A stretch of DNA of 59,268 bases. It comes from a virus. Taxonomy: Duplodnaviria; Caudoviricetes. The stretch spans positions 1-59,268 of the IMG/VR virus record IMGVR_UViG_3300038456_000415; one strand, 5' to 3'. The notes beneath the pieces were generated by a model. It was given only the letters and a program-made list of their open reading frames with translations. It did not search any database and had not been told where the DNA came from. Every line of letters starts with the position of its first letter. The stretch's first letter is position 1. This document shows, one piece after another, positions 1 through 10,022 of the stretch. A program made the position numbers and the translations under genes.

Positions 1-218
1 GACCTGCCGGCGTTCAGGGCCGGGGGCAGAGCCGCGGTCACCTTGAACTGGTTGAGGTTACCACCCTCGTCGACGACGGCCGATTCAATCAGGAGGGCCG
101 AGATGGCGCCGGTGGTGAAGCCACCGAGTACGATGAGGCGCTCGTTGAAGGCGAAGACCTCGTGACCGGTGCGCGGGACAAGAAGGGCGGAAGCTGCAAG
201 TCGGAAGCCAAGAGACAT
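1..218 (-). CDS. Kelch-like protein, N-terminal part (runs off the window edge)
   Basis: Own translation from ATG 218: MSLGFRLAASALLVPRTGHEVFAFNERLIVLGG, matching the Kelch pattern PRxxH...hhhhGG. GAGGT RBS and AATCTA motif upstream. Not in the ORF track. Confidence 0.65.
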   Translation of the reverse strand, partial: MSLGFRLAASALLVPRTGHEVFAFNERLIVLGGFTTGAISALLIESAVVDEGGNLNQFKVTAALPPALNAGR

Positions 219-258
219 GGTTGTTTACCTCGTATGGGGGCAAGGAGCCGTTGCCCTC

Positions 259-264
259 TAGATT
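259..264 (-). promoter_or_regulatory. Putative late promoter AATCTA
   Basis: Intergenic TAATCTAG; the same hexamer recurs before virion/packaging genes. Confidence 0.55.
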
Positions 265-270
265 AGGGTC

Positions 271-1050
271 TTAGGCTGCCAAGCGCTGGCGCTTGAATTC
301 GTCCCAGTCCGGAGCCTGGTAGGTGACCATCCCGCTGGCCGTGAAGCCGTACCCGGGCATGAGCGTCGCCATGGTGCAACGGCAATGCGGGTGCAGGCCC
401 CCGATGCTCGGCAGGTCCTCGCCACGCGTGTGGTATCCGTGCTTGACCTCGCTCAGCAGCCAGAGGCGCGGGGTGACACCGTCCTCGAGGAGGTGCACAC
501 GCCGGCACTCCTTGCAGAGGAGGTTGTCGTGGACCACGATGAAGTAGACAGCGGGGTCGCCTATGCCCAGGTGTGCGTTGATGCGAGTGATTCCATCCAT
601 GAGGCCCGTGTTCTTGGCGATGCTCGTCTCGGCGTCAATGATGGTGTCCACCTGCGTGTGCACCTTGCCCATGACCTCGGCGAGCTTGCCACCGAGCACG
701 GTGGCGACGTCCGTCTTGACCCCGGATGCCTGAGCCTCGGTCAGGAAAGTGGTGACCTCCCTGAGCACCTGAGCCTTGGTGCGCTCGCGCGTGGCGTCCA
801 AGAAGCCGTTCGCGAGCTTAATGAGCGTCTCTGAGGTGCCTTCGTCGGCGCGGACGCCCTCGAGGGCGGAGGCTGCTGACAGGACCCCGGGAAGCGTCAG
901 CTCGGGCGCGTGCCATGTCTGGATGACGATTTGCTTGTGCCCCTGCCACCTGCCGGGCCCGAAGTACCTGAGTTTAAGTTTGTCGAACCAATCATCTACC
1001 TTGGCGGCGATGAGGTCCTGCGCTGCTTGTCCCAGGGGTTGGCGGGGCAC
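271..1050 (-). CDS. Head morphogenesis / minor capsid protein (SPP1 gp7 / Mu gpF-like)
   Basis: CxxC (CKEC) plus C-terminal HPHCRC motif; directly downstream of portal. Confidence 0.8.
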   Translation of the reverse strand: MPRQPLGQAAQDLIAAKVDDWFDKLKLRYFGPGRWQGHKQIVIQTWHAPELTLPGVLSAASALEGVRADEGTSETLIKLANGFLDATRERTKAQVLREVTTFLTEAQASGVKTDVATVLGGKLAEVMGKVHTQVDTIIDAETSIAKNTGLMDGITRINAHLGIGDPAVYFIVVHDNLLCKECRRVHLLEDGVTPRLWLLSEVKHGYHTRGEDLPSIGGLHPHCRCTMATLMPGYGFTASGMVTYQAPDWDEFKRQRLAA

Positions 1051-1053
1051 GCG

Positions 1054-3327
1054 CTACTCCTTGGGCTTCGAGTGCGCCTCAGCGAGGTCCAGGACGTCCT
1101 TCAGGAATCGGTTGCCGTCATCCTTGAAACCGTCGAGGGCGGCCTTAACCGTCATGCGCTGCTGAATTAGCAGCTTGCGGTGGGCAGCGCTGAGCTGCTT
1201 CTCGGACTTACCCATGGTGTCCACGAGCTGGTCCACGGCCGTGCTCAGGGGTCCGGTCTTGACCTTCTTGGGGCCCGCGCTGGCTCCGGCCGGAGGGGGA
1301 CTGCCGCTAGCGCTCTCGCTGTCCTCCATGCCCGCCGACTTCTGCTTCTCGGTCTGGGGCTTTTCATTACCGCCGCCGCTATCACCGGGGGGCGGAGCCC
1401 CACCGGGACCTCCCTGGGGCTGGGCATCGCCAGGCTGGGCTTCCCCGCCGCCGGCGCCTTCGCCGCCACCATCCGCACCCTGGGGCTGCTGCGCTTGCTG
1501 GGCCGCCATCTGGGTCTGGATGAGGAGCTGCTGGAACTGGAACCAGAAGGGGTCTCGGAGGTACGAGAGGCTGGGGTTCGAAGCCGCACCCTTGATGCCC
1601 AGGAAGTGCTCCATCTGCACGCCCACGGACAGGAACTTGTCAGCGACTGCCTGCCACTGGGGGTTGAGGGGGTACTCGCCTCCCCAGAACTTGCCCAGGG
1701 GCTTCTTCTCGACCTGGTCCAAAATCCAATCCATCGTTCCATGGATTGGGAGGTCCGTCTGGATGCGGATGCTCTCCTTCTCCTGGGTCTCGGCGTCGAG
1801 ACCCACGAAACGGAGTTTGCAAATCTTGGCGAGGTCCTCGTCGAAGAGGGGGAAGATGCAGGTATTGAAGAAGTTCTCGAACTCCTGCAGCAGGGGCCGG
1901 ATGCCCACGTCGCGCGCGGCCTCGAGCTTGTACTCGTTGTTGCTCTCGGAGAGAGCCTGGTTGTTCGTGCCCCGGCTGAGGTGCGCGTACCCGGGAAGCT
2001 CCTCGGGGCTCATCTGGAACGCGGAGAGGATGCACCTGACGGTGTTGTCGCTCAGGTACTGGAACTCCATGTCGCGGCCACCGTTGTCGATGGGCGCCCA
2101 CGTGATTTCCTCGTCCGTGCCCACCCCGAAGACGGGCATGCGCCAGGCGTTGTTGACGTTGTTGATGCTCGCGTTGAACTGCTGGCGGATGCGTGCGAGC
2201 ACGCCCTCGTCGACGCCACCCTCGGCCTTGATGATGAGCATGCCGCGGCTGGCGCGCCCGCTCTGGAAGTAGAGCTTGTTGTGGGTGGTGATGTTGATGT
2301 GCGTCGTGACCTCGGCGATGACGGTGTCGAGGGGCGTGAGCGGGTACCCCTCCAGCTCCACGTCCGTGGCCGGGTAGAAGCTGTGGACGACACACTCCTC
2401 GGCCGTGAACGCCTGCCGCGGCTGGCCGTCGATGACCTGAATCCAGGTGTACTCGTCCTTCTCAAAACGCTCCGGGGAGAGCTTCTTATTCCTGAGCATC
2501 TCCAGCTGGCGGCGGGCCTGCTGGCGCACCTGCTCGGCGGCCTCCTGCTGGGGGGCGGCGCGGTAGATGGTGCCCGCATCGATGGGGCGGAAGCTGTGGA
2601 ACTTGCGCTTGCCCGTGGTGCCGTCCTCGCAGTACACGATTTCCGTGGCGATGCGGCCCACGGTGAGGGCGTTGCGCACGCTCACGGACAGGTACGTGGA
2701 GAGGCTGAGCTTATCGTGGTCGGACCACCCCTTGGTCTCGCCGCAGGTGATGAGCTTCTCCGTGACCTGGTCGATACGGCGCTGCAGCTGACGCTTCTGT
2801 TCCCCGTCCAAGGTGTCCATGATGCCGGGCTTGGCGTCGATGGAGAACCCCTTGGAGAAGCGGTCCTGCGGGGGCATGCCGAAGCTCTGCAGGTGCTTGC
2901 TGCGCGCGTTCAGCACCGCGGCCACGAGACTGTCCTGGATGGCGATGCGCTTCAGGAGATGGTCGGGGACGAGACGGAGTTTCGCCCGGTACAGGCTCTG
3001 GTACTGGTTGACCTGCTGGGGGTCAATCTCGAAGGCGAGGCGTTCAACGCTGTCGTCACGGCCGCCGTTGAGCACGTTCAGCAGGGACTTCGTGAGGCTC
3101 TTCTCCTTGCTCGCCACTGGGATGGTACCCATGGGGCCGCCGCCGTCCCCCCCGAGGTCCACGGGCATGCTATTAGGGTCCGTGAACTGCAGGCGGATGG
3201 GGGACGCCACGCGCGGCGCGGCAGGTTTGGCGATGCCGGAGGACGTCGACCTCCCTTCGAGGAGGGAATCGATGATGGACCTCGTCATCGAGTTGACGTT
3301 TATCAGCAGGTCTTTTTCGGAAGCCAT
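1054..3327 (-). CDS. Portal protein
   Basis: Portal-like motifs (FRPIDAGTI, GYPLTPLD, YFQSG..RGML, DMEF..L, AFQMSPEE, GIRPLL); between TerL and the head morphogenesis gene; start MASEK with AGGAG RBS; low-complexity C-terminal extension. Confidence 0.85.
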   Translation of the reverse strand: MASEKDLLINVNSMTRSIIDSLLEGRSTSSGIAKPAAPRVASPIRLQFTDPNSMPVDLGGDGGGPMGTIPVASKEKSLTKSLLNVLNGGRDDSVERLAFEIDPQQVNQYQSLYRAKLRLVPDHLLKRIAIQDSLVAAVLNARSKHLQSFGMPPQDRFSKGFSIDAKPGIMDTLDGEQKRQLQRRIDQVTEKLITCGETKGWSDHDKLSLSTYLSVSVRNALTVGRIATEIVYCEDGTTGKRKFHSFRPIDAGTIYRAAPQQEAAEQVRQQARRQLEMLRNKKLSPERFEKDEYTWIQVIDGQPRQAFTAEECVVHSFYPATDVELEGYPLTPLDTVIAEVTTHINITTHNKLYFQSGRASRGMLIIKAEGGVDEGVLARIRQQFNASINNVNNAWRMPVFGVGTDEEITWAPIDNGGRDMEFQYLSDNTVRCILSAFQMSPEELPGYAHLSRGTNNQALSESNNEYKLEAARDVGIRPLLQEFENFFNTCIFPLFDEDLAKICKLRFVGLDAETQEKESIRIQTDLPIHGTMDWILDQVEKKPLGKFWGGEYPLNPQWQAVADKFLSVGVQMEHFLGIKGAASNPSLSYLRDPFWFQFQQLLIQTQMAAQQAQQPQGADGGGEGAGGGEAQPGDAQPQGGPGGAPPPGDSGGGNEKPQTEKQKSAGMEDSESASGSPPPAGASAGPKKVKTGPLSTAVDQLVDTMGKSEKQLSAAHRKLLIQQRMTVKAALDGFKDDGNRFLKDVLDLAEAHSKPKE

Positions 3328-3334
3328 CTGGCTC

Positions 3335-4357
3335 CTAAGCGGAGGCAACGGTGATGAGGGTGACGTGCAGTGTATTGACGCTGAGGTTCGTGACCGCAAG
3401 CTCCCAGGTCGGGCCCGTCTTCAGGTACATGCCAGGCATGGCGTCACCACGACACTGACAGCGGCCGGTGGTCACAAGGGGAGCCACGCGCTGCGTACTG
3501 CCAGTGTCCCCGTTGGTCTGGACCACGCACTCCTGGTTAGCCTCGAGGTACACGAGGTTGAAGGCCTGGCTGTAGACAGTCAGCCCGGCCGCGGTGGGCG
3601 TGAAGCTCGCCAACAGGGGCAGGGGGTTCGTGCTCTGGATGGTGAGACGTTGAGCCGTGACGGCGAGGACGTTGAAGGTGTTGAGGAGGGGCGACGGGAA
3701 GGGAACACCCGCGCTGATGTCCACCTGGTCACCGACCTGGACGCCCGCGGACGAGAAGGCCTGGAACTGGAGATTGTTCGAGAGCACCACACCGGTCTGG
3801 GCAAAGAACCCCAGGGTCGAGTTCGGGGGGCGCGCGAGCACGATGTCCGTGCTGTCGGTGATGCTAATCACGACCCAGAGGCCCTCATTGTTCGGATTGA
3901 AAGGGCCGGGGGCATCACCTGTGGTGACGCCGGGGATGAAGACCTGGTCCCCGACCTGAACGCCCGTGAAGTTGCCCCCACCCGCGGTGATGCTGAAGGT
4001 CACATCCTGGTTGCCCACGGGGCTCACAGCCACCGTGCTCGCCGCGAGGGTCAGGCCGCGGTCGGTGCGGAAACCAGGTGCGGTGCCGCCGGTCCAGGTG
4101 AGGAAGTATTGGGTCGGGCTCAGGGGAGAGAGGGTCAGTGAGTACGTGGTGCTGTTGCTGGCGGTGATGGTTCGCACGCCCTCGAAGAGGGTCGCGGACG
4201 CTCCCGGGGCAATCTCGAACCCGGAGGTAGCGCCTGGCGCATCCACACGCAAGCCACGAAAACTACGCCTCCAATCGACGGAGCGGAGGATGGGTGCGTT
4301 CGTGACCGGCTGGTCGTTGTAAGCGAGGAGACCCAGGTCGAGATTCAGGTGAGCCAT
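3335..4357 (-). CDS. Putative virion structural protein
   Basis: T/G/V-rich beta-type sequence with repeated GVQVGDQV; AATCTA 6 nt before ATG 4357. Confidence 0.6.
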   Translation of the reverse strand: MAHLNLDLGLLAYNDQPVTNAPILRSVDWRRSFRGLRVDAPGATSGFEIAPGASATLFEGVRTITASNSTTYSLTLSPLSPTQYFLTWTGGTAPGFRTDRGLTLAASTVAVSPVGNQDVTFSITAGGGNFTGVQVGDQVFIPGVTTGDAPGPFNPNNEGLWVVISITDSTDIVLARPPNSTLGFFAQTGVVLSNNLQFQAFSSAGVQVGDQVDISAGVPFPSPLLNTFNVLAVTAQRLTIQSTNPLPLLASFTPTAAGLTVYSQAFNLVYLEANQECVVQTNGDTGSTQRVAPLVTTGRCQCRGDAMPGMYLKTGPTWELAVTNLSVNTLHVTLITVASA

Positions 4358-4363
4358 GGGCCT

Positions 4364-4369
4364 TAGATT
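4364..4369 (-). promoter_or_regulatory. Putative late promoter AATCTA
   Basis: CCCCAATCTAAGG, intergenic, 6 nt before ATG. Confidence 0.6.
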
Positions 4370-4373
4370 GGGG

Positions 4374-6455
4374 CTAGAGAGACCAGGAGAATGAGCCCTT
4401 GTGGCCCTTCGAGTTATCTCCGGAAAGCGTGCCCGCAACCGACTTCTGCCCCTCGCCGCCCTCAATCGTGGGAATCCCAATCATCCCCGCGATGCGATTC
4501 CAGTTCTCCTGTCGCGCCTGCTCGGGCGTTAGCACCGAGCCCGTGGACTTCGGGGTCGTCTTGCCTGGCATGCCCACGAGCTGGCTGTGCGCGTTCACGG
4601 CCGCCACGGAGTTGACCGCCTCCGCTACCGCATCCGGAGCCACGACCAGACCTGAGTATTTCCCCAGTACATTCATGACCATGTACCTGGTGCAGTCGCA
4701 CTCATCGTCGTTCTCTTCATTGGGCTCGTCCGAGGGACGTCCGGCCGCGTCCAGCTTCCAGTTGTACGCGCTCAGGCGCTGGAAGAAGTACTCGACCATG
4801 GGGTCACCACGCAAGAAGAGGAGCCTCGGGTGACCCACGACCGCGCTCAGGGACACGCGCACGGCCTCGATGCCCGCCAGGAGGGAGCCGGAACCTTTCT
4901 TCCATCGCACGCAGTTCAGGCCCCCGTTCTTGAACACGGCAATCATCTGGCTGTTCTCGGTGTCGGGGTAGATACGCGCCGAGTAGAGGAAGTCGTTCTC
5001 GACCTCGGGGTTGCGCAGGGGCTTCAGGTGCTTCTTGGCGAGGGCGAGTTGCTTGTCAGGCATCAGCTCCGGCTGGCTGGCGGCGCCCACCACGTAGATG
5101 CGGTTCCCATCCGTGAAACCCAGGGCCAGGGAGAAGTTGTGGCTGAACCCGAAGTCCACGCCCGCGACCGGGCGCATGTCCCGGGCGAGCATGAGGTGTA
5201 TGAGCTGCTCCTTCTCGAAGGGCTCGCTGACGTGCTCGCCGGTGATGAGGGTGGCGAGCTGCGCGGCCGTGAGCAGGTGCACGGTCTCGTCCAGCGAGGG
5301 GTAGATGAGGCCCTCGCTCCCGGGACGACGACAGAGCAGTTCCGCGATGGCCATCTCCAGGCCCACGTTCCTGAACTGGGTCGTGATTTCCGAGAGGGGC
5401 TTCAGGGCCCCGGTCCTGTCGGTGTTGATGGTGGCGAGACGCCCCTCGCAGGGCCCGAAGAGCTGGCAGTTGTTCCTGCAGCCCCAGAAGGCGTCCCTGG
5501 CCTCGAAGCTCAGCTGCCGGTTCTCGTCGAGGCTCTTGAACTCCTCCTCGCTGAGGACCTGGAGCGTCTTCTCGTTCCTGTACAGGGTCACGTGTGGCTG
5601 GTCCGGGCGGTGCCGGCTGGTGGGGCACGGCTCGGATACGTCGAGCACGTTCCAATGCCGGAGGATGAGGCCCGTCTTCTGGGCGTTGTTGATTTCGTCC
5701 TGGACCTTCCCGAAGTTGGTCTTGCGGGTGCTGATGAGGAGCGTGATGGGGTGCTTGTAGTTCTCCTTGGGGCCACCATCGGGGATGAGCTTCGCCTGCT
5801 CGTAGGCGCGCACCTGCTGACCCTCGATGACGTCCACCTCGTCGATGACCATGAAGGGGGCGTGTTTGCTGTTCGTGCCCCTCATGGTGCATGACGTGAT
5901 GTCGATGTACCCGCGGTGCTCCTCGTAGTCGAGTTTCTGCGCCTGGGAGAGCTCCTTGTACTCCTTCGGGGGGATGACGTCCCCACTGTGCCGGTGCACG
6001 TAGCGGTAAATCTCGGTGTAGGTACTCGCGTCCCCCACGAGGAAGTCCCGGAGGAAGGGTTTCCCGAAGAAGAGCTTCACGTACTCTTGCGCCTTCTGGG
6101 ACTGCTCCACGATGGACGCCAGGTGCACCACGCTGCGGTCCAGGTGCACCAGGCAGAGCACCTCCATGATGGCGGCGATGAGGGTCTTAAAACTGATGCG
6201 CGACGCGTACGCGAGAATGCGATTGAAGGAGTGGTCGTCGTTGGCGAGCGCCTTGCTGTAGATTTCCCACAGGCACTCCATCGGGGAGCTGTTGCTGAGG
6301 ATGTCCACATGCCCGTCCGGGAGGTCCACCCCCAGGTAGATACGCACCCAGCGCGCGAGTGCGGCCTTGGAGCGGCAGGGCACCCACATGGCGCGGCGAA
6401 GCGTTCTCTCGGCCTCGCTTAGCTCGCGGACCTCTGGCACGTTCTGGGAGGGCAT
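4374..6455 (-). CDS. terL: Terminase large subunit
   Basis: Deviant Walker A (ASRISFKT), Walker B (MVIDEVD), motif III (IST), RNase H-like nuclease (GVDFGF ... DDECDCTRY); next to portal. Confidence 0.9.
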   Translation of the reverse strand: MPSQNVPEVRELSEAERTLRRAMWVPCRSKAALARWVRIYLGVDLPDGHVDILSNSSPMECLWEIYSKALANDDHSFNRILAYASRISFKTLIAAIMEVLCLVHLDRSVVHLASIVEQSQKAQEYVKLFFGKPFLRDFLVGDASTYTEIYRYVHRHSGDVIPPKEYKELSQAQKLDYEEHRGYIDITSCTMRGTNSKHAPFMVIDEVDVIEGQQVRAYEQAKLIPDGGPKENYKHPITLLISTRKTNFGKVQDEINNAQKTGLILRHWNVLDVSEPCPTSRHRPDQPHVTLYRNEKTLQVLSEEEFKSLDENRQLSFEARDAFWGCRNNCQLFGPCEGRLATINTDRTGALKPLSEITTQFRNVGLEMAIAELLCRRPGSEGLIYPSLDETVHLLTAAQLATLITGEHVSEPFEKEQLIHLMLARDMRPVAGVDFGFSHNFSLALGFTDGNRIYVVGAASQPELMPDKQLALAKKHLKPLRNPEVENDFLYSARIYPDTENSQMIAVFKNGGLNCVRWKKGSGSLLAGIEAVRVSLSAVVGHPRLLFLRGDPMVEYFFQRLSAYNWKLDAAGRPSDEPNEENDDECDCTRYMVMNVLGKYSGLVVAPDAVAEAVNSVAAVNAHSQLVGMPGKTTPKSTGSVLTPEQARQENWNRIAGMIGIPTIEGGEGQKSVAGTLSGDNSKGHKGSFSWSL

Positions 6456-6467
6456 GGGGATACGCTT

Positions 6468-6473
6468 TAGATT
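6468..6473 (-). promoter_or_regulatory. Putative late promoter AATCTA
   Basis: TAATCTAAAG overlapping the terS stop codon, 12 nt before the terL ATG. Confidence 0.6.
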
Positions 6474-7140
6474 ACGGCTTTTTAGCCCTGGAGGCTTCCT
6501 CGAGGGCGGCGAGGGCCGTATCCGCCTCGTCCGAGGTCATGCCCCCGGGGAGGACGGCCGCCTGGGGCTGCGCCGAACTGAGGGTGAGGTGATGTTCGTG
6601 CGTGACGGTGCCGCTCACGTGCGTGCGCTCCGGGGGCGTCTGGCCGGTGAGCTTCAGGAGCAGCTCTATCTGCTGCTTGTACTGCTTCCAGGACACGCCC
6701 TTCTCGAAATTGGGGAGGTCCTTGGGGTTCCCGGTCTGGAGGAACTTCTTGGCCTTGGCGCCAAAGGCCTTGTGCACGACCGCGATATACGTACGAAGGA
6801 ACTCGAGGGCCTCGAGGTGAATCTGCTCGGCGCTCCCCTTGGCCTTGGAGAAGAGGTCCTCGAGATAGCGCTTGTACCGCCCGTCCCAGTCGTGCTGGAG
6901 CCGGGCCTCGAGAATCTGGCCCACGGAGATGCCGGGGTTCTGCTTGGCGATGGCCTCACAGGCTATGCCCTGCAGGAACAGCTCATAGAGCTGCGCCTCC
7001 AGGTGCGGGGACAGGCCCGGCTGCCCCTTCTTCTGGCGGTGCTGCAGCAGGGCCGCGTGCTCGAACTCCGTGAGCAGGCCCTGGCCCTCGATGTCAGGCG
7101 TCACCACCGCGAGGGCGTCAGTTTTTGTCTCTTCGGACAT
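6472..7140 (-). CDS. Probable terminase small subunit
   Basis: N-terminal HTH-like segment (LYELFLQG..CEAIAK), helical body, C-terminal TVTHEH strand; immediately upstream of terL; GGAG RBS. Confidence 0.6.
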   Translation of the reverse strand: MSEETKTDALAVVTPDIEGQGLLTEFEHAALLQHRQKKGQPGLSPHLEAQLYELFLQGIACEAIAKQNPGISVGQILEARLQHDWDGRYKRYLEDLFSKAKGSAEQIHLEALEFLRTYIAVVHKAFGAKAKKFLQTGNPKDLPNFEKGVSWKQYKQQIELLLKLTGQTPPERTHVSGTVTHEHHLTLSSAQPQAAVLPGGMTSDEADTALAALEEASRAKKP

Positions 7141-7582
7141 CCGTCTCCATCTCCCCGCGTGCCGGTACCTGGGTTGCCTCCCCCTGAGGCTTGAAGCCCT
7201 GCTTGAGGAGCTTGTCTGCATCCTCGGGGTCGGGACGTACGATGTCCTTGCGCTCGCCCGTGAAGACGACCTTGCCCCCCTCCAGGATGAGGAGGAGCCA
7301 CTCCGGCCCCAGGAGGTCCTTGACGCTGGTGTCGATGGCGTTCAGGTACGCCAGCAGCTCCTCGGCCGTGCGCTCCGGGGGTTCCGGGGGCCCGGGCACG
7401 ACGTCGTACTCGACGACCCTGTCCGCCCCACTCCAGTTGAGGCCGAACTTGGCCGGCGAAAAGGCGATGCGCCCCCACATCTGGAGGTTGTGCGATTGCA
7501 GCTCATCGACGGTGCCCGTCAACTTGGTCACGTCCCTGGCGGAGACGAGCTGGGTGAGCACGCTCTTCTGCTCGCTAGCCAT
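7118..7582 (-). CDS. Hypothetical protein
   Basis: Coding-like codon usage; overlaps both neighbours (coupled). Confidence 0.65.
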   Translation of the reverse strand: MASEQKSVLTQLVSARDVTKLTGTVDELQSHNLQMWGRIAFSPAKFGLNWSGADRVVEYDVVPGPPEPPERTAEELLAYLNAIDTSVKDLLGPEWLLLILEGGKVVFTGERKDIVRPDPEDADKLLKQGFKPQGEATQVPARGEMETDVRRDKN

Positions 7583-8594
7583 TGGCAATCCTCTCGGCGG
7601 CGAGTTTCTCGAGGACGGGGATGGGGGTCTTGTGTTTTGGCTGGTAGGCGGTCACAAATTTCCGGAAGGCGGTGCTGACGCCCTCGCTCTCTTTGACGCG
7701 GGGAGCAGCGGAGACACCGGTCTTGACGGTCCTCACCTTGAAGCCCTTATGCTCGTAGAGCGGCACGCTGGCCTTCAGGTACTCGGCACTCCCCTTTAGG
7801 GTCACGGTCACGCTGTCCTTCTTGGTGTCGTACTCGTCATTGAAGAAGGGGAACCCCTTAATGTTGGGGTTCTCCTCTACCTCGATGTCGATGATGCGCC
7901 GACACACGGTCCCGGTATCGAACTCGGCCATGAGCCGGGGCGGCCGCTTGAGGTCATGGCCGAGGAGCACGAGCTTCCGCTCAGTGTTGGTGTCGGCACT
8001 GGTGCGCCAGCGCGGGGCCCCCACGTACCACACCTTCCCGTTGCGTTGCGGCCGATGAATGTGCCCGCTGAGAATCATCTCCTGGGGCACGAGGTCTGGG
8101 TTGATTCCATCCTTGGCGTAGAATCCGTTCTCATACTGGCTCCCCGCGAAGGTCTGGTGGCACACCACCAGGGGCATGTCCTTGTGGGTATGACATGCTT
8201 TCAGGAAATCATCGGTTTTATCCATGTGGGGAATGAGGACCGCACCGGGGATGTCCTGGAATACGGATGGCCGGTCGATGACCTTCACGTTCGGACCCTG
8301 ACCCTCGTGAATCATGAGGGAGTGGATGTCACTCCGGCCATTGCCGGCCTTGTCATGATTCCCCACCATCAGGTACAGGCGCGTGTCCCTGGCGAGCCTC
8401 TTGATGGTCCGCATCCAGAAGTCGATGACCTCGATGTGGAGGATTGCGTGAGTGTGGTACTGGTCCCCGAGGAAGACGATACCGTCCGGGCGCTCCTTCT
8501 CGACCACCCGACCGATGAGCCCAACGAGGGCCTCCATGTCCGGTAGCTCGGCGACGGTTGCGTGGGGGTCGCCCACGTAGAGGATATTAGCCAC
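7575..8594 (-). CDS. sbcD: Mre11/SbcD-like (T4 gp47-like) metallophosphoesterase nuclease
   Basis: GDPH, LGDQYH, GNHD, CHQTF, SGHIH motifs; a Rad50-like partner is at 16118. Confidence 0.85.
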   Translation of the reverse strand: MANILYVGDPHATVAELPDMEALVGLIGRVVEKERPDGIVFLGDQYHTHAILHIEVIDFWMRTIKRLARDTRLYLMVGNHDKAGNGRSDIHSLMIHEGQGPNVKVIDRPSVFQDIPGAVLIPHMDKTDDFLKACHTHKDMPLVVCHQTFAGSQYENGFYAKDGINPDLVPQEMILSGHIHRPQRNGKVWYVGAPRWRTSADTNTERKLVLLGHDLKRPPRLMAEFDTGTVCRRIIDIEVEENPNIKGFPFFNDEYDTKKDSVTVTLKGSAEYLKASVPLYEHKGFKVRTVKTGVSAAPRVKESEGVSTAFRKFVTAYQPKHKTPIPVLEKLAAERIANG

Positions 8595-8922
8595 GGATTT
8601 GGGCCTCCGGAGGATACCCCACGGCAGGTGGAGGGGCACCTCGCTCCAGCACGACAATCATGTTCATAGGCCCGAGGATGAACTTCGCGCCGTCGAGGTC
8701 GTAGACCTTCTTCGCCCAGACTGTAGCACACTGTTCGCCCTCGAAGTAGACCACGTCCCCGGGGGCGAACTTGTCGTTCCCGTAGACGACCTTCAGGCCC
8801 GTGAGGTGGTCCCTCTGGTTGGCCTTGGCGACACCCCCCTCGCGACGGATGTCGAGGCTGTTCGTCTTGAAGGGCTCCACGCAGATGACGCCTGAGGTGG
8901 GGTTCGAGCTACGATTGGACAT
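8587..8922 (-). CDS. groES: GroES-like co-chaperonin
   Basis: 111 aa with GroES pattern (P..GVICVE, EGGV mobile loop, KVVYG, PGDVVYF, DGAKFIL..NMIVV); AGGAG RBS; GroEL present in the window. Confidence 0.7.
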   Translation of the reverse strand: MSNRSSNPTSGVICVEPFKTNSLDIRREGGVAKANQRDHLTGLKVVYGNDKFAPGDVVYFEGEQCATVWAKKVYDLDGAKFILGPMNMIVVLERGAPPPAVGYPPEAQIRG

Positions 8923-8941
8923 GGACTTCTCCTGTGAGGGG

Positions 8942-8952
8942 ACTATACCACA
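8942..8952 (-). promoter_or_regulatory. Extended -10 type promoter TGTGGTATAGT (putative middle class)
   Basis: Exact consensus; contains the sigma gene stop codon; precedes groES. Confidence 0.75.
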
Positions 8953-10022
8953 GCCGAGGTGGTCGAGACCCCCCACATGCGCAGGAACTTCCGCAGCCGG
9001 GGCTCGAGTTGGTCGATGGCGGTGTGCATGCTCACGAGGGCGTCGTGGGCCTCCACGCGCACGTCAGGCCGGGTGTCATCCGCGGCCGCAAAGCGGTCCA
9101 CGAGCTTGGGGACGTCGACGTCGTTGCCGTCCCCGTGGCCCATGCCCTGCACGGTGCCACTGTCGGCGCTCACGCAGGACGCCGCCGCCATCAGGGACGA
9201 GATTTCGTCCGGGGTGGTCTTGTAGACGTCGTCAGAGACGTCCTCGTTCACCTCCCGGGCGAGACGCTCCTTGTCCACGCCGTTCACGTGCTTGCCCGCG
9301 GACTTGTTCCCGCGGTAAATCTTGCGCTTGTCCACGGGGTAGAAGTGCAGGAGCGTCTCCGAGTAGTTCTCGATGAAGTTCCCGAGCATGCGCCCGATGG
9401 CGACGGCCCGGAAGTTGGAGCTGAAGGGGAGCACGTACTTGTCCACGGCCGACATGAGCCCCTCGCAGCTGATTTGCACGAAGTCCATGTGCGTGAGGTG
9501 GCTGGGAGGCGTCTTCGAGAAGAACATCCTCGCCCGATTCAGGGCCAGGGGCATGTTCGTCTCCACGAGTTCCTGACGGAGGGCCGAAATCTGCTCGAAG
9601 AGGATGGTGATGCGCGAGCGAGGCTTCCAGGCCACGACACGCATCGTGAAGAGGATGAACTGGTAGTTTACATGAAAATGGTAGAGCGAGCGCTCGTTCC
9701 TTTTCTTGAGAGCCTTAGAGATTTCCTTAGTAAAAACATCTTGGCGCTCCCGAAAATATGGGCGAGCTGCGAGAATGTTCCGACGCTCCTCGCAGATGAA
9801 TTTGACGAAGCGTCGGAATACATAATTCCCCCTCGAGTGAGCAATGAGGGTATGACGGAACTCGTTCTCGAGGGCAACAAGCCCCTCTACCTGGCTCTTC
9901 TGTTTGAGATAGCGCGCCTTGGGGTCTTTTATTTCCCCATGACCCTCAATAACCACGCTAAGGTTTTTAAGGAACAGCTGGATGGCTGCTGGGTCTACGC
10001 CTGAGTGGGTGTTGTCACCCAT
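8943..10022 (-). CDS. Phage sigma-70 family factor, truncated after region 4.1
   Basis: Region 2: RQELVETNMPLALNRARMF..DFVQISCEGLMSAVDKY...FRAVA; region 3: KERLAREVN; ends AIDQLEPRLRKFLRMWGV with no 4.2 HTH. Confidence 0.85.
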   Translation of the reverse strand: MGDNTHSGVDPAAIQLFLKNLSVVIEGHGEIKDPKARYLKQKSQVEGLVALENEFRHTLIAHSRGNYVFRRFVKFICEERRNILAARPYFRERQDVFTKEISKALKKRNERSLYHFHVNYQFILFTMRVVAWKPRSRITILFEQISALRQELVETNMPLALNRARMFFSKTPPSHLTHMDFVQISCEGLMSAVDKYVLPFSSNFRAVAIGRMLGNFIENYSETLLHFYPVDKRKIYRGNKSAGKHVNGVDKERLAREVNEDVSDDVYKTTPDEISSLMAAASCVSADSGTVQGMGHGDGNDVDVPKLVDRFAAADDTRPDVRVEAHDALVSMHTAIDQLEPRLRKFLRMWGVSTTSAVV

